This document shows, in pieces, positions 37,531 through 50,300 of a stretch of 64,000 nucleotides of DNA. How positions within the stretch are numbered: the first letter of the stretch is position 1; the number at the start of each line of letters is the position of its first letter. This DNA is from Cladosporium halotolerans. Lineage: Eukaryota. The notes beneath the pieces are model-generated. The model ran no database searches and was not told where the DNA came from. It saw only the letters and a program-made list of their open reading frames with translations. The stretch covers positions 744,001-808,000 of the forward strand of contig NW_027191452.1 of the NCBI RefSeq assembly GCF_011745625.1, in the 5' to 3' direction. Position numbers and translations under genes: made by a program.

Positions 37531-37926
37531 CTGGTTCGCCGTGCTTGATTATGATGTCCCCTTGCATCTCCATCGCTCTGGACACGGGCGACTCGGATGG
37601 ATTGAATTCAGGAAAAGCTGCTGGCTACGAAAGGGTGTCAGCTTGTACGTCACCTCTCTCGAAGTATTCTCCTCCATGCACCTCTCTGCGCTCTGTCAAG
37701 AAGAGACTGGTAACGCTTCCTTCATGGGGAAGCGAGCAGGAATAAGCCTGCTTTTGGCCAACAGGTTCGAATCAATCAAAGCTCCCGCATGCACAAGGTA
37801 TGAATGGTGAGCGTAAAGGTCTTTGTAAAGACATTGACACGGAGAAACGTGAAACCATTACCTCAATTGATACAATTTGCAAACTACTTCGAAGCCACCA
37901 GACTACTACTAAGTACTCGAAAACCC

Positions 37927-38868
37927 TCACACCTTCCATGGCCCACCCTCTTTGAGGAACTGAGACCAGTTGATCAAGTCAGCCCCCTCGACCAGCCACT
38001 TGTTGCTCTCGGCTTGTTTCTTCTCAGTCCCCAGACCAAAGTAGCTCGCCTCGCCGATCCACAGGAACATATCCGTCAAGTCGTCACGAATCGCCTCCGG
38101 CAAGAACGAAGCAAACACCTCGCCCGAGATGGACTGGAAGCGCACCTGCTTGCCGAGAGCTTCGCCCGCTTCGGCCACGACTTTCTTCGGCGTCGTCCAG
38201 CAGCTGACGCCCTGGACCTCGACGCCGTTGGCCTTTTCTCCAGCCTCGAACAGGCCCATGATGTACTTTCCGGAGTCCCTGCGAGGCTCCAGCAGGGGCA
38301 CGGCAATATTCTCGTCAGGGTATGGCACGGTCAAAGTCGGACCTTGGCCGTGATCCTGGATGAGCTTCTTCATCTCTATGAGGAACATGGCCGGCATGAA
38401 GTAGCTGGCGATCATGTCCTTCTTCTCCGCCTCGATGACCAGTTCGACCTCCGCCTTGCCGTCAAAGTGCTCGACAAGCGTATGCTTGCCCTTGCTCAGC
38501 TTGCTGACGTGCGGCAGGCTGCTGAAGACGAAATGCTTGACGCCCGCCGCCTGGCACGCGGCGAAGATGTTCTTGCCCTGCTGCATTTCGCGCGCCTTGG
38601 ACATCACGGCCCAGAAGTCCGTGACGCCGAAGACGCCGTAGGAGCCGGTCACGGCGGTCTTGAGAGATTCGACGTCGTCCAGCTCGGCTCGGACGACTTC
38701 GACGCCACGCGAGGCGAGCGCCTTCGACTTGCCGCTCGATGGGTCACGAGTAATGCCGCGGAGGGCGTATTTGGCTGACAGCTCGGGGCGGGCCAGGACG
38801 GTGTCGATGATGCTACCTCCCTGGTTGCCGGTTGCGCCGAAGATGGTGAGAAGACGTTTGGAAGACAT
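37927..38868 (-). CDS. NmrA-like atypical SDR/NAD(P)-binding protein, intronless
   Basis: IFGATGNQGGS, GVTDFW, GVKHFVFSSL and HFDGKAEVE. Confidence 0.9.
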   Translation of the reverse strand: MSSKRLLTIFGATGNQGGSIIDTVLARPELSAKYALRGITRDPSSGKSKALASRGVEVVRAELDDVESLKTAVTGSYGVFGVTDFWAVMSKAREMQQGKNIFAACQAAGVKHFVFSSLPHVSKLSKGKHTLVEHFDGKAEVELVIEAEKKDMIASYFMPAMFLIEMKKLIQDHGQGPTLTVPYPDENIAVPLLEPRRDSGKYIMGLFEAGEKANGVEVQGVSCWTTPKKVVAEAGEALGKQVRFQSISGEVFASFLPEAIRDDLTDMFLWIGEASYFGLGTEKKQAESNKWLVEGADLINWSQFLKEGGPWKV

Positions 38869-39395
38869 TTTATGGCTGTGTTTCGTTTTGTGTTTTAGAG
38901 GAGTTGATTTGAGGCGTACAGTTCAAGCTGAAGTGGCTGGATGTCTGGTTGGCATTCAAACGTCCTTGTTCCACGTTCTTATACCGCCCAAACCCTCATC
39001 CGTACTGCATAGCAAAGGTACTCCTTCGCGACCCCGCAACAATCCAGCTCCGGCGTACCTAAGCAATTGTCATCGAATCCGAAGCTGCAGCCAAAGATCC
39101 CGGCGTGGCCTGGAGTCCGGTATTGTGGCTTGCCAGGCTGCAGGTGGCTTAGTCACACACACAAAGCAGCTCTCCCCGGACTTTCAGGCGAAGCGAAAGT
39201 GCGAGCTGATCTTCGATCTATCGCAATACTCGCGCCCGGATCCTTGGCCATCAGGTTATCATTATGCAAACGTTGATAATCTCCGCTAATTAACATGGAA
39301 TCTAGGACCGTGGCAATCTCACTGCAGAAGCGGTGGTGCGACTCCCGGCTTACGGCACGCATGACTGCTCCGTTGTGTGTCAAAATCAGAAGCGT

Positions 39396-40670
39396 CTACA
39401 GGCCCATCAACTTCGCCATACGCTCTGCCATGTCCTCCGCGAAAGCTTCGTCATTGATTGCCCGCTCGTCCTTCACGACAGAAACATCCGAAGCCTTCAA
39501 GCCGCTGTCAATAGCCCCGAACAAAGCTTCGTCAGCTTTGGCATCGTAGAAAGGCGCGCCGGGTGTCGCGATCATACTGACACCGCCGGCAGGAATCACG
39601 ACCTGCACCTTCTCCGGCGCCTTCGCGAACTTTGTAATCTTCTCGACGATAAACTCCCCGATCGCCTTAGACTCCTCAGGGGACGTCCGCATCAGCGTGA
39701 CCACGGGGTTGTGCTCGAACAGCTGCCTCGAGCCATACTTCTCCGGCACCGTCGCTCTCGGCCCAAAGTTGACCATGTCCGTCGCACCCACAGAGATGAT
39801 ATTGGGCAGCCCGGCTTTGAGCGCTGCTTCCAGTCTCTTAGGCCCGGCGCTCATGTTGCCACCCATCAGCACGTCGCAGATCTCCGTCGTCGTGAGGTCG
39901 AGGACGGCGTCCAGCTCGCCTTCCTCTACCAGCCGCTCCATCGCTTTGCCACCGTGCCCGGTGCAGTGAAAAACGAAGCACTCGATCGGGTACTTGGCTT
40001 CGAGGTGCGTGCGAATTTTGTCGACGCAAGGAGTCGTGACGCCAAACATCGTCACGCCCAGTCTCTTGCGCAGTTGCTTGTCGCCGATGCTCTGCGCCGC
40101 CAAAGAGCGCTCGTAGACCTGCGCCATGCCGGCGATGGCGCCCGCGGCGTTCGCCAGTATTCGCTTGAGCAAGCTGTTCGTGCCCGCGATGTCGACGACC
40201 GAGTACATCATTGTGATGTCCGTCTCGCCGACGACGGGTCCGGTGTCGCCCGAGGCGCTCGTAGAAACCATCAGTTTGGGGAAGCCCACGGGGAAGACCT
40301 CCCTCATGACGGCCGAGGCGAGAGACGTCCCGCCCGTGCCGCCCGCGGAGACGACGGCGTGTAATGCTTGAGTTGGGTCTTTGAGGCCATTTTGGTAGAG
40401 TCCTCGTACGCAGTTGATCGCGCACTGGATCATGTATTTTATGACTTCGCCGCGGGGTAGGGTGGCAACGTCTTGCTTGCTGGAGGGCGCGTATTTCGAG
40501 GTCAGGACATCTTGTGGGATTGTAATGTTGGCATCTTTGACGACTGATCTGCCGACGTCGATGAGGGAGACTTGAAAGTTGTCTTTGCTGCTTTCCAGTA
40601 TTTGTGATCTCATATAAAGGAGCTCTTGGAGCTTGGTATCGCATGTGCCGAGGATGACGATGTGAGGCAT
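39396..40670 (-). CDS. UPF0261 / Tm-1-like ATP-binding domain protein, intronless
   Basis: LGTCDTK, GGTGGT, PVGFPKLMVST, YSVVDIAG, TMFGVTTPCV, FHCTGHGG, DLTTTE, DMVNFG and HNP..TLMRT. Confidence 0.9.
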   Translation of the reverse strand: MPHIVILGTCDTKLQELLYMRSQILESSKDNFQVSLIDVGRSVVKDANITIPQDVLTSKYAPSSKQDVATLPRGEVIKYMIQCAINCVRGLYQNGLKDPTQALHAVVSAGGTGGTSLASAVMREVFPVGFPKLMVSTSASGDTGPVVGETDITMMYSVVDIAGTNSLLKRILANAAGAIAGMAQVYERSLAAQSIGDKQLRKRLGVTMFGVTTPCVDKIRTHLEAKYPIECFVFHCTGHGGKAMERLVEEGELDAVLDLTTTEICDVLMGGNMSAGPKRLEAALKAGLPNIISVGATDMVNFGPRATVPEKYGSRQLFEHNPVVTLMRTSPEESKAIGEFIVEKITKFAKAPEKVQVVIPAGGVSMIATPGAPFYDAKADEALFGAIDSGLKASDVSVVKDERAINDEAFAEDMAERMAKLMGL

Positions 40671-40758
40671 ATTGTTACTGAGGAGCAGGTTTGTCACTAA
40701 CAATTATGAGCTTACAAGCGGGCGGCCGAACTCTCCAGAGGAACAAGATCTCAGCTTG

Positions 40759-40801
40759 ATTAGACGGCTTGAAGTTATATTAGACGGCTTGAAGTTATAT
40801 T
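40759..40801. repeat. Perfect 20-bp tandem duplication ATTAGACGGCTTGAAGTTAT x2
   Basis: Read directly in the UPF0261/TIM-barrel intergenic region. Confidence 0.9.
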
Positions 40802-41101
40802 GGACACAGTTGGTACCTGGTGTGTTGTTTGCTCGAAATGTGGAGAACAATGTTGATCGACGACTTGACTCCACACATCCGCAGGCACCGAGCTGGAGGG
40901 GCATTGCGTCAAGAATCGTGCCACAATTCTTCCTCCGGATAATCGGCATAGAGCATCAATCCAACCATCTTCTCCCAGCATTGACTTTATTCGTAGGTCA
41001 AGCATTCTCAAGCTTGAAATCCAAGTCCTTCAGCACATCATATCTCCTAGCTTGAGAGTAATCCGTCCCGGACCGAGCTCGGCCTAGCTAAGACAATCAC
41101 C

Positions 41102-42000
41102 ATGGCTCCGCCAACAGACCGCAAGGAAATTCTTGCCGGATTCAAAAAGCAGATCCAGTCAGGCAGTGCCATCGTGGGCGCAGGAGCAGGTAGGATCCAT
41201 GAAAATGAACAGCGCCGTGCAACGCTCTAACGACGCATCCAACTACAGGCATTGGTCTCACAGCCAAGTCCGCAGAAGCGGGTGGTGTATCCCTCATCAT
41301 CATCTACAACAGCGGTCGCTTCCGCATGGGAGGCCATGGCTCACTAGCTGGTCTCATGCCTTACTCCAATGCGAATAACGTCGTCGTTGAGATGGCGTCG
41401 GAGGTGCTGCCTGTCGTCAAGCACACGCCTGTCATCGCTGGTGTCTGCGCCTCCGACCCGGGCCGTGACATGGGCCGGTTCTTGCGCGAGTTGAAGGGAC
41501 TCGGCTTTGCGGGCGTTCAGAACTTCCCTACCGTCGGCTTGATCGACGGCAACTTCAGGGCCAACCTGGAGGAGACCAATATGGGCTTTGACAAGGAGGT
41601 TGAGATGGTGAAGCTGGCGAGTGAGCTGAATCTCTTGACCACGCCCTACGTCTTCAACACCAAGGAGGCGAAGCAGATGGCCGAGGCCGGTGCGGATGTG
41701 ATCGTCGCTCATATGGGGTTGACGACCTCAGGAACCATCGGCGCGCAGACGGGCAAGTCTCTCGAGCAGTGCGTTGACGACATCAAAGCCATTCAGGCGA
41801 CTGCCAGAGAGGTCAACCCTGATGTTATCGTTCTGTGCCATGGTGGGCCTATCGCGAAGCCTGAGGATGCGAAGTTCGTGCTGGAGAAGTGCAAGGGCCT
41901 GCATGGGTTCTACGGTGCCAGCAGCATGGAGAGGCTACCGGTGGAGGATGCGGTTGCTGGTGTGGTGCGTGAGTTCAAGGGCATTTCCATCTCGCAGTGA
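41102..42000 (+). CDS. TIM-barrel signal transduction (TBST / PEP-hydrolase-like) protein, 2 exons
   Basis: IVGAGAG-IGLTAK across intron 41190-41248; [34 protein letters not shown] and GASSMERLP. Confidence 0.92.
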
Positions 42001-42319
42001 ATTGACAGTACTTCGGAGCCGCTTCGGCGCGCCGGCCATGGATATGAGCTATGATTTCATGAGTGGTGTGAATATCAACGGCTGTCTACTTTGGTCTGGC
42101 GACTGGGAGATAATTCAATGTGTCCCCAAAGTGACGTCGAACGATGTACAGGGAAGGCACAATGTTGGTAGCGCGCCTTCCTTCTATCCACCGAGTTGCT
42201 GAACTTGGCTTTCTGAACACCCACAGCCACCAACATCCTCACCTCCAACCAATCAAACATTCGAAATCCTTTCATACTCACACACTCTTCGCCATCAAAT
42301 CAACCTCTCATCATCCACC

Positions 42320-43027
42320 ATGATGCTGCACGCAAAGCATCTCCTCATGCTCTTCCTGCTCTGTTTCGTCGCCGTTGTTCTCAGCGTCGGCGGTGACGGT
42401 GAGGACCACAACGACATGGTAAGGACGACTGCCTCAAGTCCCGTACAACGAAATCTAATCCTCGGACAGGACAAGGCTGCCATCATTGCCGCTGACCAAG
42501 TCACCGGCCATGTCGTTTCGCTCTCCACCAGCTTCCTGATCCCGTCCGCTACCGAGTCTTCCTTCCCCGGCGACTTCCACGACAATGTTGCCGAAGACGG
42601 CAACGATGTTGAAGATTTCACCTTTTTGCACAACGCGGAGGTTCCGGCCTGGATCACCTGCGATTCCAAGGGAGCTCCGCTGGCCAAGGCTGGCGTCCAG
42701 ATCGAGTGGATCGACCCTTTCTGCAAGGCCGTCGGCGACCAGCAGATCCACAACTTCACCGTGACGGACAGCCACAAGGATTCGGGAGTCACCATCGTAT
42801 GTGCACTTATTACTGTTGTTCTTTTGAGGCCTCACTGACTCTTTCCTGAACAGAGGCTCAGGCTCGGCACCAAGACGCCGAATTGGGTCTACGCGCCTGG
42901 CAGAGACATGTGCAACGACATTTTCATGCGCATCCTCCACAAGTGCACCAAGATGATGGTGATTTACGGCGGTCACTTCTACACGGAGCATATCTTTTAC
43001 GATATCCTCGTGGAGGCGGTAGGCTAA
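42320..43027 (+). CDS. Small secreted cysteine-containing protein (about 199 aa), 3 exons
   Basis: Hydrophobic signal peptide; introns 42419-42469 (in frame) and 42797-42853; last exon RLRLGTK...DMCNDIFMRILHKCTK...YGG...VG-stop. Confidence 0.65.
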
Positions 43028-45115
43028 GCGATCCGCTGCGCCTCTCAAGCATTGGCGCGAAGCTAGTGAGAGAAGACATCGAGCCTCTCTCGATGGGTGT
43101 TAGCTCTGTGTGTGGATGCGAATGATTTCGCGATCCACGAATAACGAAAGTGCAATCGACTCGCTCTTGCGCGTGACTAATGAAATGCGATTTCCCAAAT
43201 GAGCCTTTCTTTTCATTCCTGACCTCGTATCGTCAGCCAACTCAGTTGATGGAGGCCTGTCCAAAGGGTTCTACAGTTCGAGCAGGTGATTGTCCATCTC
43301 ACCCTCGTGAAGAGTGGAAAATACGCATATAGTGAGACATAGAGACAGACCAGTATCTTAGCCCAGCTCATCAGAGGAAACGATTGATCAACAGCAGAGA
43401 AGTCGATCGCGTGCAGGGTTGTCAGGGTTAGGGTTGGGGTAGGGAAGATGGGCCGGAGAGGGTACAAACTCCCGAATTCTTTGGGGCTCCCGGGACTTGG
43501 AGTTGTGGAAGTGGCCAGCAACTACGGCAGCCTAGATTTCTTCTCGACAGACCTTTGCCGTCGTGAGGTACAAGAACGGTGTCAGTCAGGCCTTGTACGT
43601 AGGCCATCCCACTGGTGCCTCTCTTTGCACCCCACAAACCGCACTTGACACGTGATTTCGCTGGAGATGATGTATACACGCCCGCCGCATCGCGGCATAC
43701 TAGGTACGCGCAGGCACAAAGCAACGTTAGCACTACATGATCTTACTTTCAGCATGCGAAAGCGTTCGGGTTCTACAGGCAGAGTACTGATCACCGGCGA
43801 AGCATGTGAAAGAAGACGATGTATGGCCCAGCGGACCGAAGTCGCCCTACCCGCTTCCGGCAAACAATTGCATTGTCCGCGTCGTCATGGCAAACTCACA
43901 GTCGACTCCATCGCCTAGCGCTGCGGTCAGCTGACGACAAGACAGATCTAGATGCCAACCAGGCGCCTTGATTGGCGACGGCGCGCGCGGACGAGCGCTG
44001 TTGAGGAGCGCTGCGAAAATGTTGGCCTTTCGGCGGTCGAAGCAGGTTTCTGTACATTAGCACGAGTACCTGCATGCGCCAACACTGGCAGCCTCAGCAG
44101 CTCCCGAAGCGCAGCCTGCACGCCTGCCGACGTGTGGGTGGGAGGGATGCGCGGGAGGCTCAGGGAGGCGTCGTGGCGTGGAGCGTGGTTGGTGAAACAC
44201 GCCCGTGCTGGACGCCACGACGTCCCCTGGGCGCCTCGACCTCGACGTTCGCCCGGAGATGAGACAGCCCGGCGTGTGCATTCTTCCCAACAGCTTCGCA
44301 TAGGGGCGCCGTGCAAATGCACTTGGCGGCGCATAGAGTCGCGCGCGCAATGCACATGGACGCGGAGAGAGTCCAAGGGGAGCCGTTGCGTTCACGCGAC
44401 AGAGCCGTCCACTCCAGCATCATCACTGCTGATCGCACGGTCGAGGAGCATCTGGCTCAGGAACGCCTAGGCTAAGCTCTGCGCCGTCCGCCTTAGGCTA
44501 AACGTCCATCGACCGCCCTGCCGCCCTGCGACGACGATGGGCCACCCCTCCCAGCCCTGACGCATCTCCGGCAGCACTGCTCTGCCACACCCCGAGGGGT
44601 GCGATCTACGCTCTCCCGTCCATCCGATGGTTCGCTGTTGCCGCGGCTGCCAGGCCCCCCAGCAATAGGAGCCTGTGATTGGGATGTCCCAGCGTGCCGA
44701 AGGTAAATCGACGTGATCTTCCTCTAGCCGCAGCCTTGTTGTCTTTCTTGTCTCTAGACTCTTCACCCATAGTTTGCCCATCCCTCCGCCGCGTCCTTGC
44801 GTCCTGCATTCCTACTCAATCAGCCTTTCGGCAACATCTGCAGCTCATCACACGCATCATCATCCTCGAGTCCGTTCCATCGTCATCTTGATCGATCACG
44901 GGTCCTACAGCCCAAGCATTGGCGTGGCGCAAGTCCGCTCGCAGGATACGCCCCAGCATTCCTCGCGCAAGCATTCCAGCAGCATCCTAAGCGACTGGTT
45001 TCGGGAGCTACGTTGTTGTCATCGACGACCAGTAGGTCTCTAATACGAACCTATCTTCCTTGACACATCGATATATCAGCATATTAGTTCGACTTGCTTT
45101 GGATCGCTGTCAATA

Positions 45116-46562
45116 ATGCATCTCAACACCGCAATCTTTGCGCTTTGCGCCGCGACAGTAGCCCAAGCGGCACCGTGAGTTTAATCGATCCTCCGCTCTC
45201 CAGGTCCCGTATACTGACGCAATGGCAGCAGACTTATCACCAAGCGAGACAGCCCAACCGGTGGAATCTCATGGGGAAACGACAAGGTCCGCGGCGTCAA
45301 CTTGGGCGGCTGGCTTGTACTTGAGCCTTGGATCACCCCATCAATCTCCCAGAAATTCGATGGCTCTCGCGGCATAGTCGACGAATACACCCTCACTCAA
45401 AACCTTGGCGCCGATGCAGCCCGCGATCAGGTGTTGAAGCCGCACTGGGACAGCTGGGTGCAACTCTCGGATTTCCAGAAGATCGCCGACAGCGGTTTCA
45501 ACGTCGTCAGGATACCCGTGGGATACTGGGCGTTCGACAACTCCGATTCGCCATACGCTCAGGGTGCCGCAGAATACCTCGACAAGGCCATCGAATGGGC
45601 AAGGCAGGTTGGCGTTAAGGTCGTTCTCGATCTTCACGGCGCTCCCGGCTCCCAGAACGGCTTCGACAACTCAGGTCAACGCATCTCCAAGCCCGGGTGG
45701 CAACAAGGCAACACCGTCTCCAAAACGCTCTCTGCTTTGAAGCAAATGCAGTCGAAGTACGGCGATTCCTCCTACGACGATGTTGTTGCTGCCATTGAAG
45801 CCCTCAACGAGCCTCTCAACCCGAGCCTGAACGCCGACGTCACCCGCCAATTCCACCGCGACGCCTACGGCAACCAGCGCGAGTCCTCGCAATCGCGCGT
45901 CTTCATGATGCACGACGGCTTCCTCAACCCGAACACCTACAACGGCTTCCTGACTCCCTCGGATGCGAACGCGCAGTGGGTCGTCGTCGACCACCACGAG
46001 TACTCCTGCTTCCGCGATGACCTCGTCGCCATGCAACCCTGGCAACACCGTCAGCACGTTTGCGTACGTTCTCGCATCTCATCTTCCATCTATAGCTATT
46101 AGTACTAACGAACCTGTTCGCAGAACAACGCCTACGTCTACTCCGGGGCGGATAAGTGGTCCATCGTCGGCGAATGGAGCGGCGCCATGACCGACTGCGC
46201 CGCTGCGCTCAACGGCTACGGCATCGGCGCCCGCTACGACGGCACCTACCCGGGCTCGACCTACCACGGCAGCTGCGAGAACGTCAACTTCATCGAGACC
46301 TGGAGCCAGACGTTCAAGGACGACGTGCGCGGCTTCATCGAGGCCCAGCTCGAGGCCTTCGAGCGCAACACCAATGGCTGGTAGGTCCCTGACTCCACAC
46401 TTCTGTAGTGGAACAATTATACTGACGTGATGTTTTTGCAGGATCTTTTGGAACTTCAAGACCGAGGGCTCGCCCGAGTGGGATGCCTTCAGGCTCATCG
46501 ACAACGGCATCTTCCCGCAGCCGCTGACGGACAGGAAGTTCGGGCAGATTTGCACAAACTAG
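45116..46562 (+). CDS. EXG1: GH5 exo-beta-1,3-glucanase (Exg1 type), secreted, 4 exons
   Basis: Signal peptide plus KR propeptide; VRGVNLGGWLVLEPWITPS, DLHGAPGSQNGFDNSG, acid/base NEP and nucleophile VGEWSGA; WNFKTE. Confidence 0.9.
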
Positions 46563-47305
46563 AGACGGACTAGAATGGCTCACGGGGAAGGTGAAACCCC
46601 AGTGGAGGAGCCTAATCTGGATTTGGGAAGGACATGGCCTTGCACATAATGTTTTGTTTTTGATTCCCCAGCGATACCCCCGTGCTTCATTTCCCATGAA
46701 TACCGGAAGAGATTGAAGATACTCTTTTCGTACCTTTGCAGCTAGAGTAATACAATAATGTTGTATTGGACTGTTGTGAGCTTGCATCTTCCACAGGATT
46801 CAAAGGGATCTTTGTTTCAGGAAAGAGATCTTGTTGCTATCTACATGTAATCCAAAGCGCTGCATAAGGTACGCAGTATGCACTAGTCCGTGGCAAACCT
46901 GCGCTCCGAACAGCTAGCTTCACCAGACGTCCATACAAGAGGGCAATACAATACCACCAATGGCAATGTCCGAGAGACAAGCCTGTCCAACCTGGGCGGA
47001 CGAGCTTTGTATGCTAATGTTGGTAGGTAGGCGGTGGAAGATTACGCGATGAGACTGGATCGTCATGCTGGGTATCAATGTCTTCGCCGCTTTCATTTGC
47101 TTAGAGTAATAAGATGTTATACAAGTTTTCCGGGAAGCTCAAAATGCAAACTCCATGATGAGAACATTAACATGCAGATCATTCTAAAAAGAGCCTCGAG
47201 TCAAGCTCGCGGGAGGCCGCTGCTGAATAGCCCTTTTCGCACCGTGCGAACGCCGCCACTGCAAAATTGTCTCATCCCTAAACCCTCCTGCATTCCGTTC
47301 CCCGC

Positions 47306-50300
47306 TTACCTAATCGTCACACCCGACCTGTCCGTGAAGAGTCTCGTCGCCACGTTCATGGCAGCAAGCTCCTGGAAGAGTAGCTTGGCCGCGTAGGGGA
47401 TGACGACCTGCGCGATCTTTGTCTTGTTCTTGCAGGGCCTGCACTCGAATTGGCCCTTGCTCAAGTTGGCGATCGGGGTCATGAGGCCGCAGATCTCGCA
47501 AACGTGCACGCGGAAAGCGTCCGAGACGTCGAGCAGACGCTCCTTCAAGAAGGCCGAGGCACCATGGGAAATCATGCAGTCGCGCTCCATCTCTCCGAAA
47601 CGGAGACCACCGTCGCGCGCACGACCTTCGACGGGCTGGCGGGTGAGGATTTGCAGAGGGCCACGGGCACGAGCGTGGATCTTGTCGTCGACCATGTGGC
47701 GGAGACGCTGGTAGTAGGTCGGTCCGAGGAAGATCTGGGCGGCGAGCTTCTTGCCAGTGTGGCCGTTGTACATGACCTCGAAACCACGCTGCTGGAACCC
47801 GTAGTCTTTGAGGATGTGGGAGATGGTTGTGAGGGTGACATCAGTGAAAGGCGTGGCATCGCCTTCTTGGCCACGAAGCGCACCGACCTTCGACAGCAGA
47901 CACTCGATCAAGTGAGCAATTGTCATACGGGAGGGAATGGCGTGAGGGTTGATGATGATGTCAGGGATGATACCCTCAGAAGTGAAAGGCATGTCTTCTT
48001 GGCGGTAAGTGATACCAATCGTACCCTTTTGACCGTGACGAGAAGCGAACTTGTCACCAATCTGGGGAACCTTTGTAGTACGTGTGCGGACCTTGACGAA
48101 CTTGAGGCCGTCACTGTTCGTAGTAAGAAGGACTTGGTCGATGATACCGTTCTCAGTACTCCTCAGAGGCGTTGAAACATCGCGCTTGACGTGCAGCTTC
48201 GTTCTTTGTCCAAGCTCTTCGGCATCCGGTGCAATAGGCGCGACCTTGCCAATGATGATATCGTCACCAGAGACGCGCGAGCCAGGGGTAATAATACCAT
48301 CAGAGTCGAGCTTGTCGTATGTGCCTTGCTTCATCCGGAGCGTGTCACCTCGGTTGGGCTTCTCGAAGGATTCCATGACAGACATGCCGATTTTCTTTTC
48401 TTGGTCGAGGTAGGCGCGGAAGAACAGCGAGCGGAAGAGACCACGGTCAATCGAGGACTGATTCATAATGACGGAATCTTCTTGGTTGTATCCAGAATAG
48501 CAGGCAATGGCGACGATGGCGTTCTGACCAGCTGGAAGTTCTCTGAATTTCAGGAACTCCATGGAACGCGTTGTGGCCAAGGGCTTCTGAGGATAATAGA
48601 GCACGTTTGCCATCGTATCCATCCGAACATTGTAGTTTGTCATTGTGATACCCATGGCTTGTTTACCCATGGCCGATTGGTAGGTGTTACGGGGAGACTG
48701 GTTGTGATCAGGGAAAGGAATGATGGACGCGCAAATGCCCAAGATCATCGAGGGGTGAATCTCGCAATGTGTCCACCTGTGAATCGATGTGTTTGGCTTG
48801 GGCTTGATGCGCCTGTGCGGGTCCAGCACCGGTTCTTCGTATTCTTGACCTTCTCGAGCCATCCGGTGCTCCTCGAGATCATCGGGCGACATAATGATCA
48901 TGGCTGTCTCCTCTTCTTCGGCGTCCAGGTATTCAACGACACCGTTCTTGATCAGGCCCTTCCAGCCAAACAGGTCGTTATCGCGCTCCTCTTCGCTCAT
49001 TAGGTTATATTTGGGATCAGCCAGCTTCTGAACGTCGTCTCTGAGGCGCTGTACATGCTCTTGTTTAAGCATGAGCGTGCCGCGGTTGAGGCTACGAGGG
49101 TCGTTGTCCACTACGAACAACGGCCTCATGACACGTCCGGCGTCGGTGAAGATCTTGATCTCGCGATCGCGCACATCTCTTATAATTGTGCACTCGAAGC
49201 TGATAAGGCCTTTGCGACGAATGTCAAGGAGCACATCCATCAGTTGCGAAGCGTTCTTGTGCACACCGACCCATGTACCATTGACAAAGACCTTCGTAGC
49301 ATTCGGATTCATGACGGGATCGTATTCCTCCAGCAACTCCATGTCGCGCTGGCGCATGAAGTCGGTAAGAGGGCCGCCTGGTGTGCCGACGGAGACAAAG
49401 CACATCAAACTCAAGTTTTTGACGAGACCACAAGCTTGACCTTCGGGCGTCTCGGCAGGGCACACCAGACCCCAGTGGGTGTTGTGAAGTTGACGGGGTT
49501 TCGCAATCTTGCCGTCTCGACCAATGGGAGTATTCGTTCGCCGCAAATGAGATAATGTGGAGGCGTACGTGTACCTGTTGAGCACCTGACTGACACCAGC
49601 CTTTGCCGATGCCGCCTTTTTCTGATCACCCCAGTTGCCAGTCGCCAAGCAGTATCTGAGACCCTGAGTGATGACGGAACCTTTGATCGCGTTATGGACG
49701 TTGAAAGACTCGCCGCCAGGCTTGTTCGATTCAATGGTCTTGTGCATGTATTGGCGCAACTCTCGAACGAGCTGTTGCCACTTCATGCGGAAGACTGATG
49801 CCATGAGCGGACCAGCCAGGTCAAGACGCTTCTTGCCGAAGTGATCACGATCATCTTCTTCCACGCGGCCGAGAGCACACTGCAGCAACCGGTTCACCAT
49901 GTAGCCCAGGTAGAAAGCCTTTCGCGTCTCGGACCCTTCTGCCTGGCTGATGTGCGGAAGGAACTCCTTCTGCATAATGTCGCGCGCGTATCTTATACGG
50001 TGTGCCTTTGTGCCAGCTTGGTTTCCTCTCCTGCCGATGAAATCGAGCGCGACCTCCCTATCCTGAATCACGAACGCCTCTTCCAGACAGGGTTTCAGCA
50101 TCTCCAGCATCTGTGTATCGCTCTTTCTGCAAATGTGATTGAGAATGTCTTCGTCGGAGACGATTCCCAGAGCGCGGAAGACAATCGCAATCGGGACGTC
50201 CTGTTTAATATATGGCAGACTGCACTTGATGGTGCTGCCGAAAGCTCCGTTTTTGCTGGCCTCGCTTCCGGTAACAAGCTTGACTTGCATCGAAGAAATG

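Noticed and set aside
37763..37773. GGTTCGAATCA B-box-like sequence
   Set aside because: No T-stem, acceptor stem or A-box geometry around it
37804..40364. 324-aa and 343-aa plus-strand ORFs
   Set aside because: Antisense to the NmrA-like and UPF0261 genes
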